IMG/VR virus record: IMGVR_UViG_3300009183_000092
Reading direction: 5' to 3' (one strand)
Source of the DNA: an uncultured virus (IMG/VR IMGVR_UViG_3300009183_000092)
Lineage: Duplodnaviria; Heunggongvirae; Uroviricota; Caudoviricetes
DNA: 64,000 nucleotides
Shown one piece after another: positions 40,553 through 49,886 of the stretch. Numbering within the stretch: position 1 is the first letter of the stretch; each line of letters opens with the position of its first letter. The notes under the pieces are model-generated. The model saw nothing but the letters and a program-made list of their open reading frames with translations. It was not told where the DNA came from and did not search any database. A program made the translations under genes and the position numbers.

Positions 40553-43500
40553 TGGCTAGAAAAAATCCTTGTAAATACCTTTTTGAAATAAAGCCAGGAG
40601 AGTTTAAAGAATTCACCGAGGCGGAGCTTAAGGATTATTTATTAGAACAAGATTTATCAAAATTCAAAACAATACAAGATGCCATACAAGAGCGAAGCCC
40701 AGAGAAAATGGTTCAACCTACACAAGCAGGAGTTGGAGAAGCAGGGGGTAAACGTACAGGAATGGAACCAGGCGAGCAAGGGCAAAAAGTTACCACAAAA
40801 GGTGAGCCCATTAAAGTCAATGAAAAAGCGCAAATAGCTCAATCAACAGATTTTAATGAGCCTACAGAAGGGATGACCAAGATTGCAAATGCAGTTAATG
40901 ATGCTTTTGTTGAGGGTAAATATGGCGTAAAAGCATTAGATGATATTATTTCAAAACTTCAAGATACAGATCTTAAAAATATATACGATAGGGTTAAGAC
41001 TAAGATTGAAGATAAAATAATTGATCCAAAGGATGTCAGAGATAGAGTTATGACTAATATGTCTGGTTCAGAATTTGATCAAGCTGTTTTATTATATGAC
41101 AGAGCTGAATTAGAAGGTAGAGAAAAAAAATATTACCAAGAATTATTGGAGACTACTGATCCGGCTGAAAGACAAAAAATACAAGATAATTTAATTGATG
41201 TTCAGAATCAAATATTAGATAATGCGGCTGCGAATAGAGTTATTGGTCGTTCTGCAAGTTCTGTATTTAGAATTCGCCAAATGTGGGTTAATAGAGATTA
41301 TAATTTGGCTGATATGGAAATGCAATACAAAGCTTCCAAAAATATCAAAGATCTTACTGATACTCAAAAAGCAGAAATTAAAAATCAATATGATGAGATT
41401 AATAAATCTCGTGCAGAACTTGAAAAGGCAAGACAATCTCTTGCTGAAGTGGTAGAGCAAAATGCTAAACTTGAAATTGAGAATGAAAAATTAAAGGAAC
41501 TACAAAAAACTGCTAAAGAACAGAAAAAAGCAGATATTAAGCAAAGCGCTAGTGATGCAATTAATAAATCTAATGAAAGAATTCAGAAATCTAAAGAAGC
41601 TCTTAAAAAATTAGGAGGTAACTTAAATGCAGGCTTTGATCCTAAGATAGCTTTAGAGTTAAGTAAAATTGCCGCTGAAAAAGTTTATCAAGGTATAGTT
41701 AAAATTGATGAATTAGTTAGTAGCGTTTACGAAGATGTAAAAGATGTATTAACCAACTTTACTAAAGAAGATATAGCTAAACATATTTTGGCTCAAAAGG
41801 ATAAAAACGGTAATTATGTTGAATCTGAAGTATCTGATGTTTATTTAAAATCAAAAACCAAAATTGATTTAAATAATAAAGAAATAAGAGAGAAGGTAAA
41901 AGCATATAAGAATGCTACGGAAATGGTTGCTAGAAAGCAGTTTGAATGGCAAAATGAAAGACGTAAAGATATATTTGAAAATAAATCCACTAATGAAAAA
42001 ATAATTGATTCAATATTAAGATACCAAAGATTTGCCGTATTAACATATCCTAGCACAATGGTAAAACTTGCGGCTGCGGTAGTTAATCAAACAGTATTAA
42101 AGCCATTGAAATTTGGAGTGAATGCATTGGTTAATTTAGTTACTCCTAAGTCAATTAAAAGCAAACAGCCAATATGGGGTAATCCTAGATTGGAATCCCT
42201 AGCTAATTATTATTCAGAATTTCTTAGAAATTTTAGTGTTGCTAACTTCAAAGATCAATTTTCTGGTATTGATACAAAAGAATTGTTATATGGAAACCCT
42301 CATATTTATGATGAATTTGTTTCAGCAAGAGGGTTATTAGAAATGCCAGGTAGATCACATGGATATATTAAATCATTTATTAAGAATCCAGAATTCGTAT
42401 ATGCTAATACTCAGCAAGTTAATTATCATTTAACAAAAATGTTTGAAGCTCAAGATAAGTTAAATGACGAAAATTTGAGTCAATCAGAGAGAGAGAAATG
42501 GCAGAAAATATATGATGAAAATGATGTTACTAATGAGGATGTAATGGAGAAGATTAATAAATTATCATTAGAGCATGCTAAGTGGTCAATTTTTATGAAT
42601 GATAGCGAAGTGGTTAGCGCATTTAGAAGAGCCACTTCTGGTAAAAGTTGGATGAGTGCATTTTGGCGAAGTGAAGTGCCAATTGTAAAAATACCAATAA
42701 ACTATATAGGCAGATATTTTTTAAATAAATATGGGCTTTTTAAAGCTATTGCTGGTAGTGGTAAAGAAGGAGTAGCTGGTAAAATGTATTCAGAATCAAA
42801 ACCAACAGATTTTCCTGGATTAGCTCAAATCATAACAAAAGGTTCTAAAGATTTAACAGAAAGGCAAGCAGATATGTTAGGTAAAGCATTGACAGTTGGA
42901 AGTATGGGTGCTGCCCTTTTCGCTTTAGGATACTTGAATAGAAAAAATATAAAGAAAAATGATGATGGTTCTGTTGATTTTTTTGGTATTCATATTAATA
43001 AAAATTTAATTCATGCTCCAGAATATGATAGTATGTTTAGTGGGGCAGAAACTGGACAAAAATTGGATGGGGATGAAGGATGGTTAAGTTCTATGATAAG
43101 TACTGATATTGATATCATGAAGCACAATCCATTTATGAATATGTTACAATATGGTTTCTTGCCTAATTTAGGGGCCGCATTAATGTCTAAGGATGAAGAT
43201 AGTATGTATGGTAAAGTAAAAAAGGCAATTAATCAAAAAATAGCAAATATGCTTATCCCTGGATTTTCAAAGCAACCAGCTCAATGGTTTGATACAGAAT
43301 CTGGTAAGTTTAGCGTTACAGAGCAGCCAATTAAGAGAAGAGCTGAAAATGAACCAGGATTTAAGGGGTATTTTACTAATTTAATGCAAGAGGTGATGTT
43401 GGGAATACCTGGTTTAAGAAGTATGGTTCCGGCAGTGGAGGATGTTATTAAAGACTATACTAAAGATGAGAATGGTAAGCCTATAAGTGGCTCACAAAGA

Positions 43501-43785
43501 AAAGAATACGAGGAATTGGGTTCAAAATATTATGATGAATATTTAAATAAAGCTAAAGAAAATGGTGCATTTATTAGAGGAGAAAGTGAATTAGTTCCAT
43601 TTAATAAATTAACAGATGCCCAAAAAAAGGATTTTACTAAAGATATAAGAAATATGGCTAATCAGAAAGCTAAAAAAGAACTTTTTGGGGAAAAACCAGA
43701 AACAGAGAAAACCAAAGAAGATAAACAAAATTACAAAATGTTAAAGTCAATGTTCATGGGAGAGCAGGATGACAGTGAATGGTAA
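40552..43785 (+). CDS. Large coiled-coil ejection/internal virion protein
   Basis: 1077 aa, coiled coil, hydrophobic segment; position. Confidence 0.6.
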   Translation: MARKNPCKYLFEIKPGEFKEFTEAELKDYLLEQDLSKFKTIQDAIQERSPEKMVQPTQAGVGEAGGKRTGMEPGEQGQKVTTKGEPIKVNEKAQIAQSTDFNEPTEGMTKIANAVNDAFVEGKYGVKALDDIISKLQDTDLKNIYDRVKTKIEDKIIDPKDVRDRVMTNMSGSEFDQAVLLYDRAELEGREKKYYQELLETTDPAERQKIQDNLIDVQNQILDNAAANRVIGRSASSVFRIRQMWVNRDYNLADMEMQYKASKNIKDLTDTQKAEIKNQYDEINKSRAELEKARQSLAEVVEQNAKLEIENEKLKELQKTAKEQKKADIKQSASDAINKSNERIQKSKEALKKLGGNLNAGFDPKIALELSKIAAEKVYQGIVKIDELVSSVYEDVKDVLTNFTKEDIAKHILAQKDKNGNYVESEVSDVYLKSKTKIDLNNKEIREKVKAYKNATEMVARKQFEWQNERRKDIFENKSTNEKIIDSILRYQRFAVLTYPSTMVKLAAAVVNQTVLKPLKFGVNALVNLVTPKSIKSKQPIWGNPRLESLANYYSEFLRNFSVANFKDQFSGIDTKELLYGNPHIYDEFVSARGLLEMPGRSHGYIKSFIKNPEFVYANTQQVNYHLTKMFEAQDKLNDENLSQSEREKWQKIYDENDVTNEDVMEKINKLSLEHAKWSIFMNDSEVVSAFRRATSGKSWMSAFWRSEVPIVKIPINYIGRYFLNKYGLFKAIAGSGKEGVAGKMYSESKPTDFPGLAQIITKGSKDLTERQADMLGKALTVGSMGAALFALGYLNRKNIKKNDDGSVDFFGIHINKNLIHAPEYDSMFSGAETGQKLDGDEGWLSSMISTDIDIMKHNPFMNMLQYGFLPNLGAALMSKDEDSMYGKVKKAINQKIANMLIPGFSKQPAQWFDTESGKFSVTEQPIKRRAENEPGFKGYFTNLMQEVMLGIPGLRSMVPAVEDVIKDYTKDENGKPISGSQRKEYEELGSKYYDEYLNKAKENGAFIRGESELVPFNKLTDAQKKDFTKDIRNMANQKAKKELFGEKPETEKTKEDKQNYKMLKSMFMGEQDDSEW

Positions 43786-43840
43786 TATTTTTCTCTTAAT
43801 ATAGCTATATTTTTCTTATATTTGAGTAAAATTTAGCAAA

Positions 43841-44359
43841 ATGCCTTTCGTACCTAATTTTACGGCAAGCCAATATAGCGGTACGCCCTCTGTTATAACT
43901 TTAACAGATACATCAACTGGTTCAGATGTTACTATTGCCAAGCGTAGAGTATATCTATTGCAAGCAAATGGTACATTTTTAGTGCCAGCTGGAAATACTA
44001 CAGATTATATTAATTGGGACTTGGTAGATACAAGTATCAGTTTAGATGTATTATCTCAAGATAGTGCATTAAGTATTACTGTTCAATGGTTAACTTCTGC
44101 AAACGCAGTGGTTACTTCAAAAACAATCTCATTTGCATTTACTGCATACAATGAAACTTTCTACTATGGACTTACAGAAAGCCAAGTAGCTAATTCTAAT
44201 TTAAGTGCTAGTACAAACTGGTATCAAACTAAATTAGTATTGAGAGTTGAATTAGATTCAGCAGACCAAGCAATTACATTTGCATCTGATATTTATTCAG
44301 CACAAGCTGCATTAAACAGAGCAACATATATATCTACTAACCAAGCTTTATTCTTCTAA
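43841..44359 (+). CDS. Virion structural protein (Ig/PKD-like N-terminus)
   Basis: PNFTASQ...ITLTDTSTG; TATATTTG box at 43817. Confidence 0.6.
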   Translation: MPFVPNFTASQYSGTPSVITLTDTSTGSDVTIAKRRVYLLQANGTFLVPAGNTTDYINWDLVDTSISLDVLSQDSALSITVQWLTSANAVVTSKTISFAFTAYNETFYYGLTESQVANSNLSASTNWYQTKLVLRVELDSADQAITFASDIYSAQAALNRATYISTNQALFF

Positions 44360-44361
44360 TC

Positions 44362-44895
44362 ATGTTAGATCCACAAACAGTAGTATCAATAGCAGAGATT
44401 TCACAATACTTATGGAACGATGCAATTCCTAAGCAAAATGTTTTCTTTAACGGAAGCATTGATCCACGTAAGGCTCAACAGCTTTATATGGAGAGAAAAG
44501 CATTGCAATATGGTATTGACGAGTCATTAAGTGGATTGCCGGGTACATCAAATTATGTTTATGCTTTATGTGGTGCAAAACTACAATTAGCAATTGAAAT
44601 ACTAGGAACAGGACAAGGTGGTGGAGGCGTTATTCCTGGAGGTGGTGGAAACTTTAGTGTATATGAATATACTACTAATGCTACATTAGGCTCATTCACA
44701 GTTTACTTCCCAGATGCAGTTGGTAAGCGTTGCATAAACGCATTTAGACAAGGTAATAACATTGGAACTATATTAACATCAGGAACGCCAACAGGTAATC
44801 AAGTTGTTTGGAACTCAGCAGCAGCTTCATTAACTGTGGCAGCAGATGTTCCTTTTTATGATCAAGAGTTTGTGCGTGTTATCGTTCAACAATAA
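44362..44895 (+). CDS. Virion structural protein / fibre adaptor
   Basis: Position before fibre; Gly linker. Confidence 0.55.
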   Translation: MLDPQTVVSIAEISQYLWNDAIPKQNVFFNGSIDPRKAQQLYMERKALQYGIDESLSGLPGTSNYVYALCGAKLQLAIEILGTGQGGGGVIPGGGGNFSVYEYTTNATLGSFTVYFPDAVGKRCINAFRQGNNIGTILTSGTPTGNQVVWNSAAASLTVAADVPFYDQEFVRVIVQQ

Positions 44896-44906
44896 AATAT
44901 TTTATA

Positions 44907-47900
44907 GTGGCAATACAGAATTTAATTTCAGGCGATTTAAAATTAAGAAATGAAAATGGTGTTCTTGTTGCCGTAAACGGAATAGTGTCTGCAGATACTT
45001 CTGGAACTATAGGAACTTCGGGATCGGCTGGTACTTCAGGTACTAGTGGAACTACAGGAACTTCAGGAACTAGTGGTACGGATGGTAGTGGTGGTACTTC
45101 GGGTACTTCAGGAACATCGGGAACCACTGGAATAGATGGAACTTCTGGAACTAGTGCAACATCTGGTACGAATGGTACAGGTGGAACAAGTGGAACTTCT
45201 GGTACTTCAGCAACAAGTGGTACAAGCGGTACGACTGGTACTTCTGGTTCTTCAGGAACTAGCGGAAGCAGTGGTACAAGCGGTACTACAGGAACTAGTG
45301 GCACAAGTGCGACAGATGGAACAGGTGGAACTTCTGGTACTACAGGTACTTCAGGTACGGATGGTACTAGCGGCAGTAGTGGTACTAGCGGTAGCAGTGG
45401 AACTTCAGGAACAAGTGCTACAAGTGGTAGTTCAGGAACTAGCGGAACAGATGGAACAGGTGGTACAAGTGGAACGTCAGGGACTTCAGCCACAAGTGGC
45501 ACAGATGGTTCGGGTGGAACTAGCGGCACTTCTGGTACGTCTGCAACAGATGGTACAGGAGGAACTTCTGGTACATCAGGCACCTCTGCAACTAGCGGTA
45601 CTACAGGAACTAGTGGAACTAGTGGTACAAGTGCAACAGATGGCACAGGCGGTACAAGTGGAACAAGTGGTACAAGTGCGACAAGTGGAACAGATGGCAC
45701 GTCAGCAACAAGTGGAACTAGTGGTACATCAGGAACTACAGGAACTAGTGGCTCATCAGGATATTCAGGAGATAAGTATTATACAACTTCATCTTCAACT
45801 TTTACATTAGGTAATGCAGGAACAATCATTGTTGGAACAGGATTGGCATATTCACCTGCTCAATCAATAATCGTAGTTTATGATGCCTCAAACTTTCAAG
45901 AGTGCGAGGTTATAACTTATAATAGTGGAACAGGTTCATTGCAATTTGCAGCTCCAACAAGAACTGTAGGTAGTGGAACTTATTCATCATGGACAGTTAA
46001 CTTGGATGGTGCTAGTGGTGGTGATGGTAGCTCAGGTACTTCAGGTACTAGTGGGACATCTGCTACAGCCGGAACATCAGGGACAACAGGTACTTCTGGA
46101 AGCAGTGGTACAACAGGTAGTAGTGGTACATCTGGAACTTCAGCAACAAGTGGCACTTCAGGTATTAATGGTACTTCAGGTACTAGCGGTACATCTGGGA
46201 CAAGCGGTACAACTGGAACTAGTGGGAGTGCCGGAACATCAGGACGAAATGGTATTGATGGTTCATCAGGAGCTTCTATTGCTAACTGGTATGGTTCTTT
46301 TTCTGATAGTACAACACAAGTAATTACAGCAGCAAATACGCCAACTGCAATAACTTATAATACTGTTGAAATATCTAATGGTATTGCAATAAGTGGCTCT
46401 CAAATACAATATCAACATACTGGAATATATGAAATAGGGTATTCATTACAAGTTGAAAAAACAAGTGGTGGAACTGCTGTTGATGTTGATATATTTTTAA
46501 GATTGAATGGAACAAATATTATTAGAACAGATTCAATTTTATCTTTAGGTAGTAACAATGGTAAACAATTACCATTTGTTTCTAATATTTTTGAATTAAA
46601 TGCTAATGATTATCTAGAAGTATTATTTTGCTCTACAAGCTCGCATATTCAAATAACAGGAGTGCCAGCTCAAACAGTACCATATATTCACCCAGCAGCT
46701 CCTTCTATTATTATTGTAACAAAACAAGTAGGGGTAGCTGTAGGTACAACATCAGGAACAAGCGGAACAACTGGGACTAGCGGTACAAGTGGAACCACAG
46801 GGACATCTGGCACTTCTGGAATTAATGGCACTTCTGGATCTAGCGGTACTAGTGGTAGTTCTGCAACTAGCGGAACTTCAGGTACAACTGGAACTTCTGG
46901 TAGTTCAGGTACAAGTGGTGGAACTGGTAGCGCAGGTACTTCTGGTACAAGTGGAACTTCTGGTTTAGCAGGCACAAATGGTACAAGCGGAACCACAGGG
47001 ACATCGGGTTCTAGTGGTACTTCAGGTAGCGCAGGTACTAGTGGAACCACAGGTACATCAGGTACTTCAGCTACATCTGGAACGTCAGGTACATCAGGAA
47101 CAGCTGGTACTAGTGGTACGTCAGTATCAGTAACTGGGACAGCAGGTTATGTTGCATATTTTAATAGTTCATCAACTATTACAGGTAATTCAAATCTTTT
47201 TTGGGACACAACAAATAACTATTTAGCAATAGGTAATCCAGCTACTCGTTTAGCACAATTACACGTTTATAATGCAAGTGCAGCAGCTTCAATGCTATTA
47301 CAAACTAATAGCACTACTGACTATTCAGAAATAGCAGTAAGGAATGATAGTTCAACGGCTACTTCTTATTTCAGACAATATTCAACGGCTGCAACAGGAA
47401 GTGATTTTGGTATATCAAGAGCAGGGTTAGCTTTATTTTTTAGTAACTATGCTACTAACTTTGCAATAGGTACAAGAAACGGAGGTGCTTTAATTTGGGG
47501 AACGGCTGATACTGAAAGAATGAGAATTAATACTTCAGGTAACGTAGGTATAGGAAGTAGTAGCATTACAAATGGAACAACTTGGGGTGGTGGTTTGCAA
47601 ACAAATTTATTAAAATTATCTGCTGCAGGTTATCCTGCCTTAGAAATAAATACAACAAGTGATGGTGGTGGTTCTATACAATTTACTTATGGTACTAATT
47701 TGCCAAACCAAGTAAGGGGATTTATTGGGTATAATAGCGGAGGTGGTACAGTTAATGAATTTTATTTATATAATTCAGCTTCAGGACCTTTAGTATTTGT
47801 AACTAACACCACCGAAAAAATGAGAATAACTTCAGCGGGTAACGTATTAGTGGGAGCAACGGCAGCCGCCGCTTCAGTATTCCAATTCCAAGTTGGTAAT

Positions 47901-49292
47901 GGAACGGCAGATACAAGAGCTTATTTTAATCCTTCAAATGCTTTTGCAATAGGGGTATCAAATTCAAGTGGTAACGCATATTATTTAGGAGTTGGAGCAA
48001 GTGGTTCTGCGGGTTCGTTTCAAATTTATAGTAATACTACGGGTAGTGCAAATTTAACAATTACTTCAGGTGGCAACGTAGGAATAGGAACAAGTTCGCC
48101 TAAAACACTATTGTCTATTAATGGAGGAACAGGAGCATACCCAACATTGGGAACGAATGTTACTAGTTCATTAATGATAGCTAGAAATGATAATTTAATT
48201 GGAACATATTTTGGTTATGCAAGTGATGGTAATGGTTGGATTCAACAAATGAGAAATGATAGTGCTACCGCATATAATTTAGTATTACAACCTGTTGGAG
48301 GTAACGTAGGTATAGGTACTACTCCACAATGGACATTATCAGTATTTAAAGCATTAGAAATAGATACAACAGGATTAATATATGCAGGTAGTGGTCAAAT
48401 GGCTATAACAAATAATGGATATTATGCTTCAGGTTGGAAATATAAGACAACAGATTATGCAACTAACTATACAACTGATGGCGGTACTCATGTTTGGTAT
48501 AATGCACCAAGTGGAACGGCAGGTTCTGCATTAAGTTATGTAGAAAGAATGAGACTTAATTCGTCTGGAAATTTAGGAATAGGAACAAGCACACCAAACG
48601 GAAAACTAAACGTTTCAAATGGCGGTGCAGAAGGGATTGAATTTTGGGTGGTATCAGCTGCTGCAACTAACTTAATTCAATCTTATAATCGTTCAACAAG
48701 TGCTTGGAATAGTTTAGAGTACAAAGCATTAGACCATATATTTTATGGTTCAGGAACTGAAAGAATGAGAATTACCAATGCAGGAAGATGTGAATTAAAA
48801 TCAGATGGTTTTGTATCTCAAAAAGGAGCAAGTAATAGTGTTGGTGGTGGTTCTTTTATTGCAGTACAACAAGTAGGAACAGAAAGATGGATTTTGCAAC
48901 AATTAAATACCTCTTATGGATTAGATTATTGGGCATATAATGGTACTAGTTGGAGTGTAATAGCAAGTATAAATGCATCAACAGGTGTTTATACTCCATT
49001 GTCAGACATAAATAAAAAGAAAGACTTTGAGGATAGTACAATAGGTTTAAATGCTATATTAGGATTGAAGCCTACTTTATACCGTATGAAATCAGATGAT
49101 ACAGAAGGAAATAAAGAATTAGGATTTATTGCTCAAGAAGTAAATGAATTTATCCCTCAAGCATTTGTTGAAAGTGGTGATGAAGATAATAATTTTATAG
49201 GTTTAAACTATAACGCAATAACCGCAGCTTTAGTAAAGTCAGTTCAAGAATTAAAAGCAGAAATAGAAGAATTAAAAGCTAAAATAAAATAA
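44907..49292 (+). CDS. Tail fibre with Gly-Thr-Ser collagen-like repeats and C-terminal peptidase S74 chaperone
   Basis: GTS triplets; ERMRI..GNVGIG repeats; SDINKKKD...GFIAQEV...LVKSVQEL. Confidence 0.88.
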   Translation: MAIQNLISGDLKLRNENGVLVAVNGIVSADTSGTIGTSGSAGTSGTSGTTGTSGTSGTDGSGGTSGTSGTSGTTGIDGTSGTSATSGTNGTGGTSGTSGTSATSGTSGTTGTSGSSGTSGSSGTSGTTGTSGTSATDGTGGTSGTTGTSGTDGTSGSSGTSGSSGTSGTSATSGSSGTSGTDGTGGTSGTSGTSATSGTDGSGGTSGTSGTSATDGTGGTSGTSGTSATSGTTGTSGTSGTSATDGTGGTSGTSGTSATSGTDGTSATSGTSGTSGTTGTSGSSGYSGDKYYTTSSSTFTLGNAGTIIVGTGLAYSPAQSIIVVYDASNFQECEVITYNSGTGSLQFAAPTRTVGSGTYSSWTVNLDGASGGDGSSGTSGTSGTSATAGTSGTTGTSGSSGTTGSSGTSGTSATSGTSGINGTSGTSGTSGTSGTTGTSGSAGTSGRNGIDGSSGASIANWYGSFSDSTTQVITAANTPTAITYNTVEISNGIAISGSQIQYQHTGIYEIGYSLQVEKTSGGTAVDVDIFLRLNGTNIIRTDSILSLGSNNGKQLPFVSNIFELNANDYLEVLFCSTSSHIQITGVPAQTVPYIHPAAPSIIIVTKQVGVAVGTTSGTSGTTGTSGTSGTTGTSGTSGINGTSGSSGTSGSSATSGTSGTTGTSGSSGTSGGTGSAGTSGTSGTSGLAGTNGTSGTTGTSGSSGTSGSAGTSGTTGTSGTSATSGTSGTSGTAGTSGTSVSVTGTAGYVAYFNSSSTITGNSNLFWDTTNNYLAIGNPATRLAQLHVYNASAAASMLLQTNSTTDYSEIAVRNDSSTATSYFRQYSTAATGSDFGISRAGLALFFSNYATNFAIGTRNGGALIWGTADTERMRINTSGNVGIGSSSITNGTTWGGGLQTNLLKLSAAGYPALEINTTSDGGGSIQFTYGTNLPNQVRGFIGYNSGGGTVNEFYLYNSASGPLVFVTNTTEKMRITSAGNVLVGATAAAASVFQFQVGNGTADTRAYFNPSNAFAIGVSNSSGNAYYLGVGASGSAGSFQIYSNTTGSANLTITSGGNVGIGTSSPKTLLSINGGTGAYPTLGTNVTSSLMIARNDNLIGTYFGYASDGNGWIQQMRNDSATAYNLVLQPVGGNVGIGTTPQWTLSVFKALEIDTTGLIYAGSGQMAITNNGYYASGWKYKTTDYATNYTTDGGTHVWYNAPSGTAGSALSYVERMRLNSSGNLGIGTSTPNGKLNVSNGGAEGIEFWVVSAAATNLIQSYNRSTSAWNSLEYKALDHIFYGSGTERMRITNAGRCELKSDGFVSQKGASNSVGGGSFIAVQQVGTERWILQQLNTSYGLDYWAYNGTSWSVIASINASTGVYTPLSDINKKKDFEDSTIGLNAILGLKPTLYRMKSDDTEGNKELGFIAQEVNEFIPQAFVESGDEDNNFIGLNYNAITAALVKSVQELKAEIEELKAKIK
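44997..47122 (+). repeat. Three blocks of (G-T/S-S/T)n coding repeats
   Basis: Blocks at about 44997-45770, 46010-46270 and 46742-47122. Confidence 0.92.
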
Positions 49293-49293
49293 A

Positions 49294-49665
49294 ATGAGTA
49301 CAACTTACAATTGGGTAATAAACCAAATGGACACAAAGCCTCAAGAAGGGCAATTAATGGATGTGGTAGTAACAGTACATTGGACAAGAACAGCAGAGCA
49401 ATATGTAGGAGGTGAACCCATCTTAGTTTCTAGTTATGGAACTATGAATTGTACCACACCTAGTGCTACAGATTTTACAGCATACCCTGATTTAACACAA
49501 GCAGAAGTAAACTCCTGGCTTGATTCTGGGTTGGATGTGCCAACTATTGACTTGGGATTAGACAAACAAATTGAGAATATTATCAATCCACCGACTATAG
49601 TTTTGCCGCTACCTTGGATTCCTGAACCAACAACTACAACAACTACTGAGGCTCCTGTTGTTTAA
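49294..49665 (+). CDS. Tail-fibre-associated protein
   Basis: YNW.I..MD...DVV.TVHW...FT.Y.DLT...V..W...LPW. Confidence 0.65.
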   Translation: MSTTYNWVINQMDTKPQEGQLMDVVVTVHWTRTAEQYVGGEPILVSSYGTMNCTTPSATDFTAYPDLTQAEVNSWLDSGLDVPTIDLGLDKQIENIINPPTIVLPLPWIPEPTTTTTTEAPVV

Positions 49666-49703
49666 TTAAATTAATTATACTACATTTGTAAAAATAAAAT
49701 TTT

Positions 49704-49886
49704 ATGAATCAAGAGACAAAGCAATTACCAGTACCATCATTAACACCAGAACATGTTCAAGTATTAATGAATTATGTTAACGAACAATTACCAACTAAGT
49801 ATGGTAAAGAAATCCTAGGATTTATTGAAAAAGTAGCATTGGAAGCTGAAAAAGCATCTCAAACAGAAGAAACACAAGCTAGTTAA
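49704..49886 (+). CDS. Hypothetical protein
   Basis: LPTKYG motif; TACATTTG box upstream. Confidence 0.6.
   Translation: MNQETKQLPVPSLTPEHVQVLMNYVNEQLPTKYGKEILGFIEKVALEAEKASQTEETQAS

Noticed and set aside
44879..47050. Pro/Val-rich antisense and Val/Leu/Gln alternative-frame ORFs
   Set aside because: By-products of the GTS coding repeat lacking stops in other frames.
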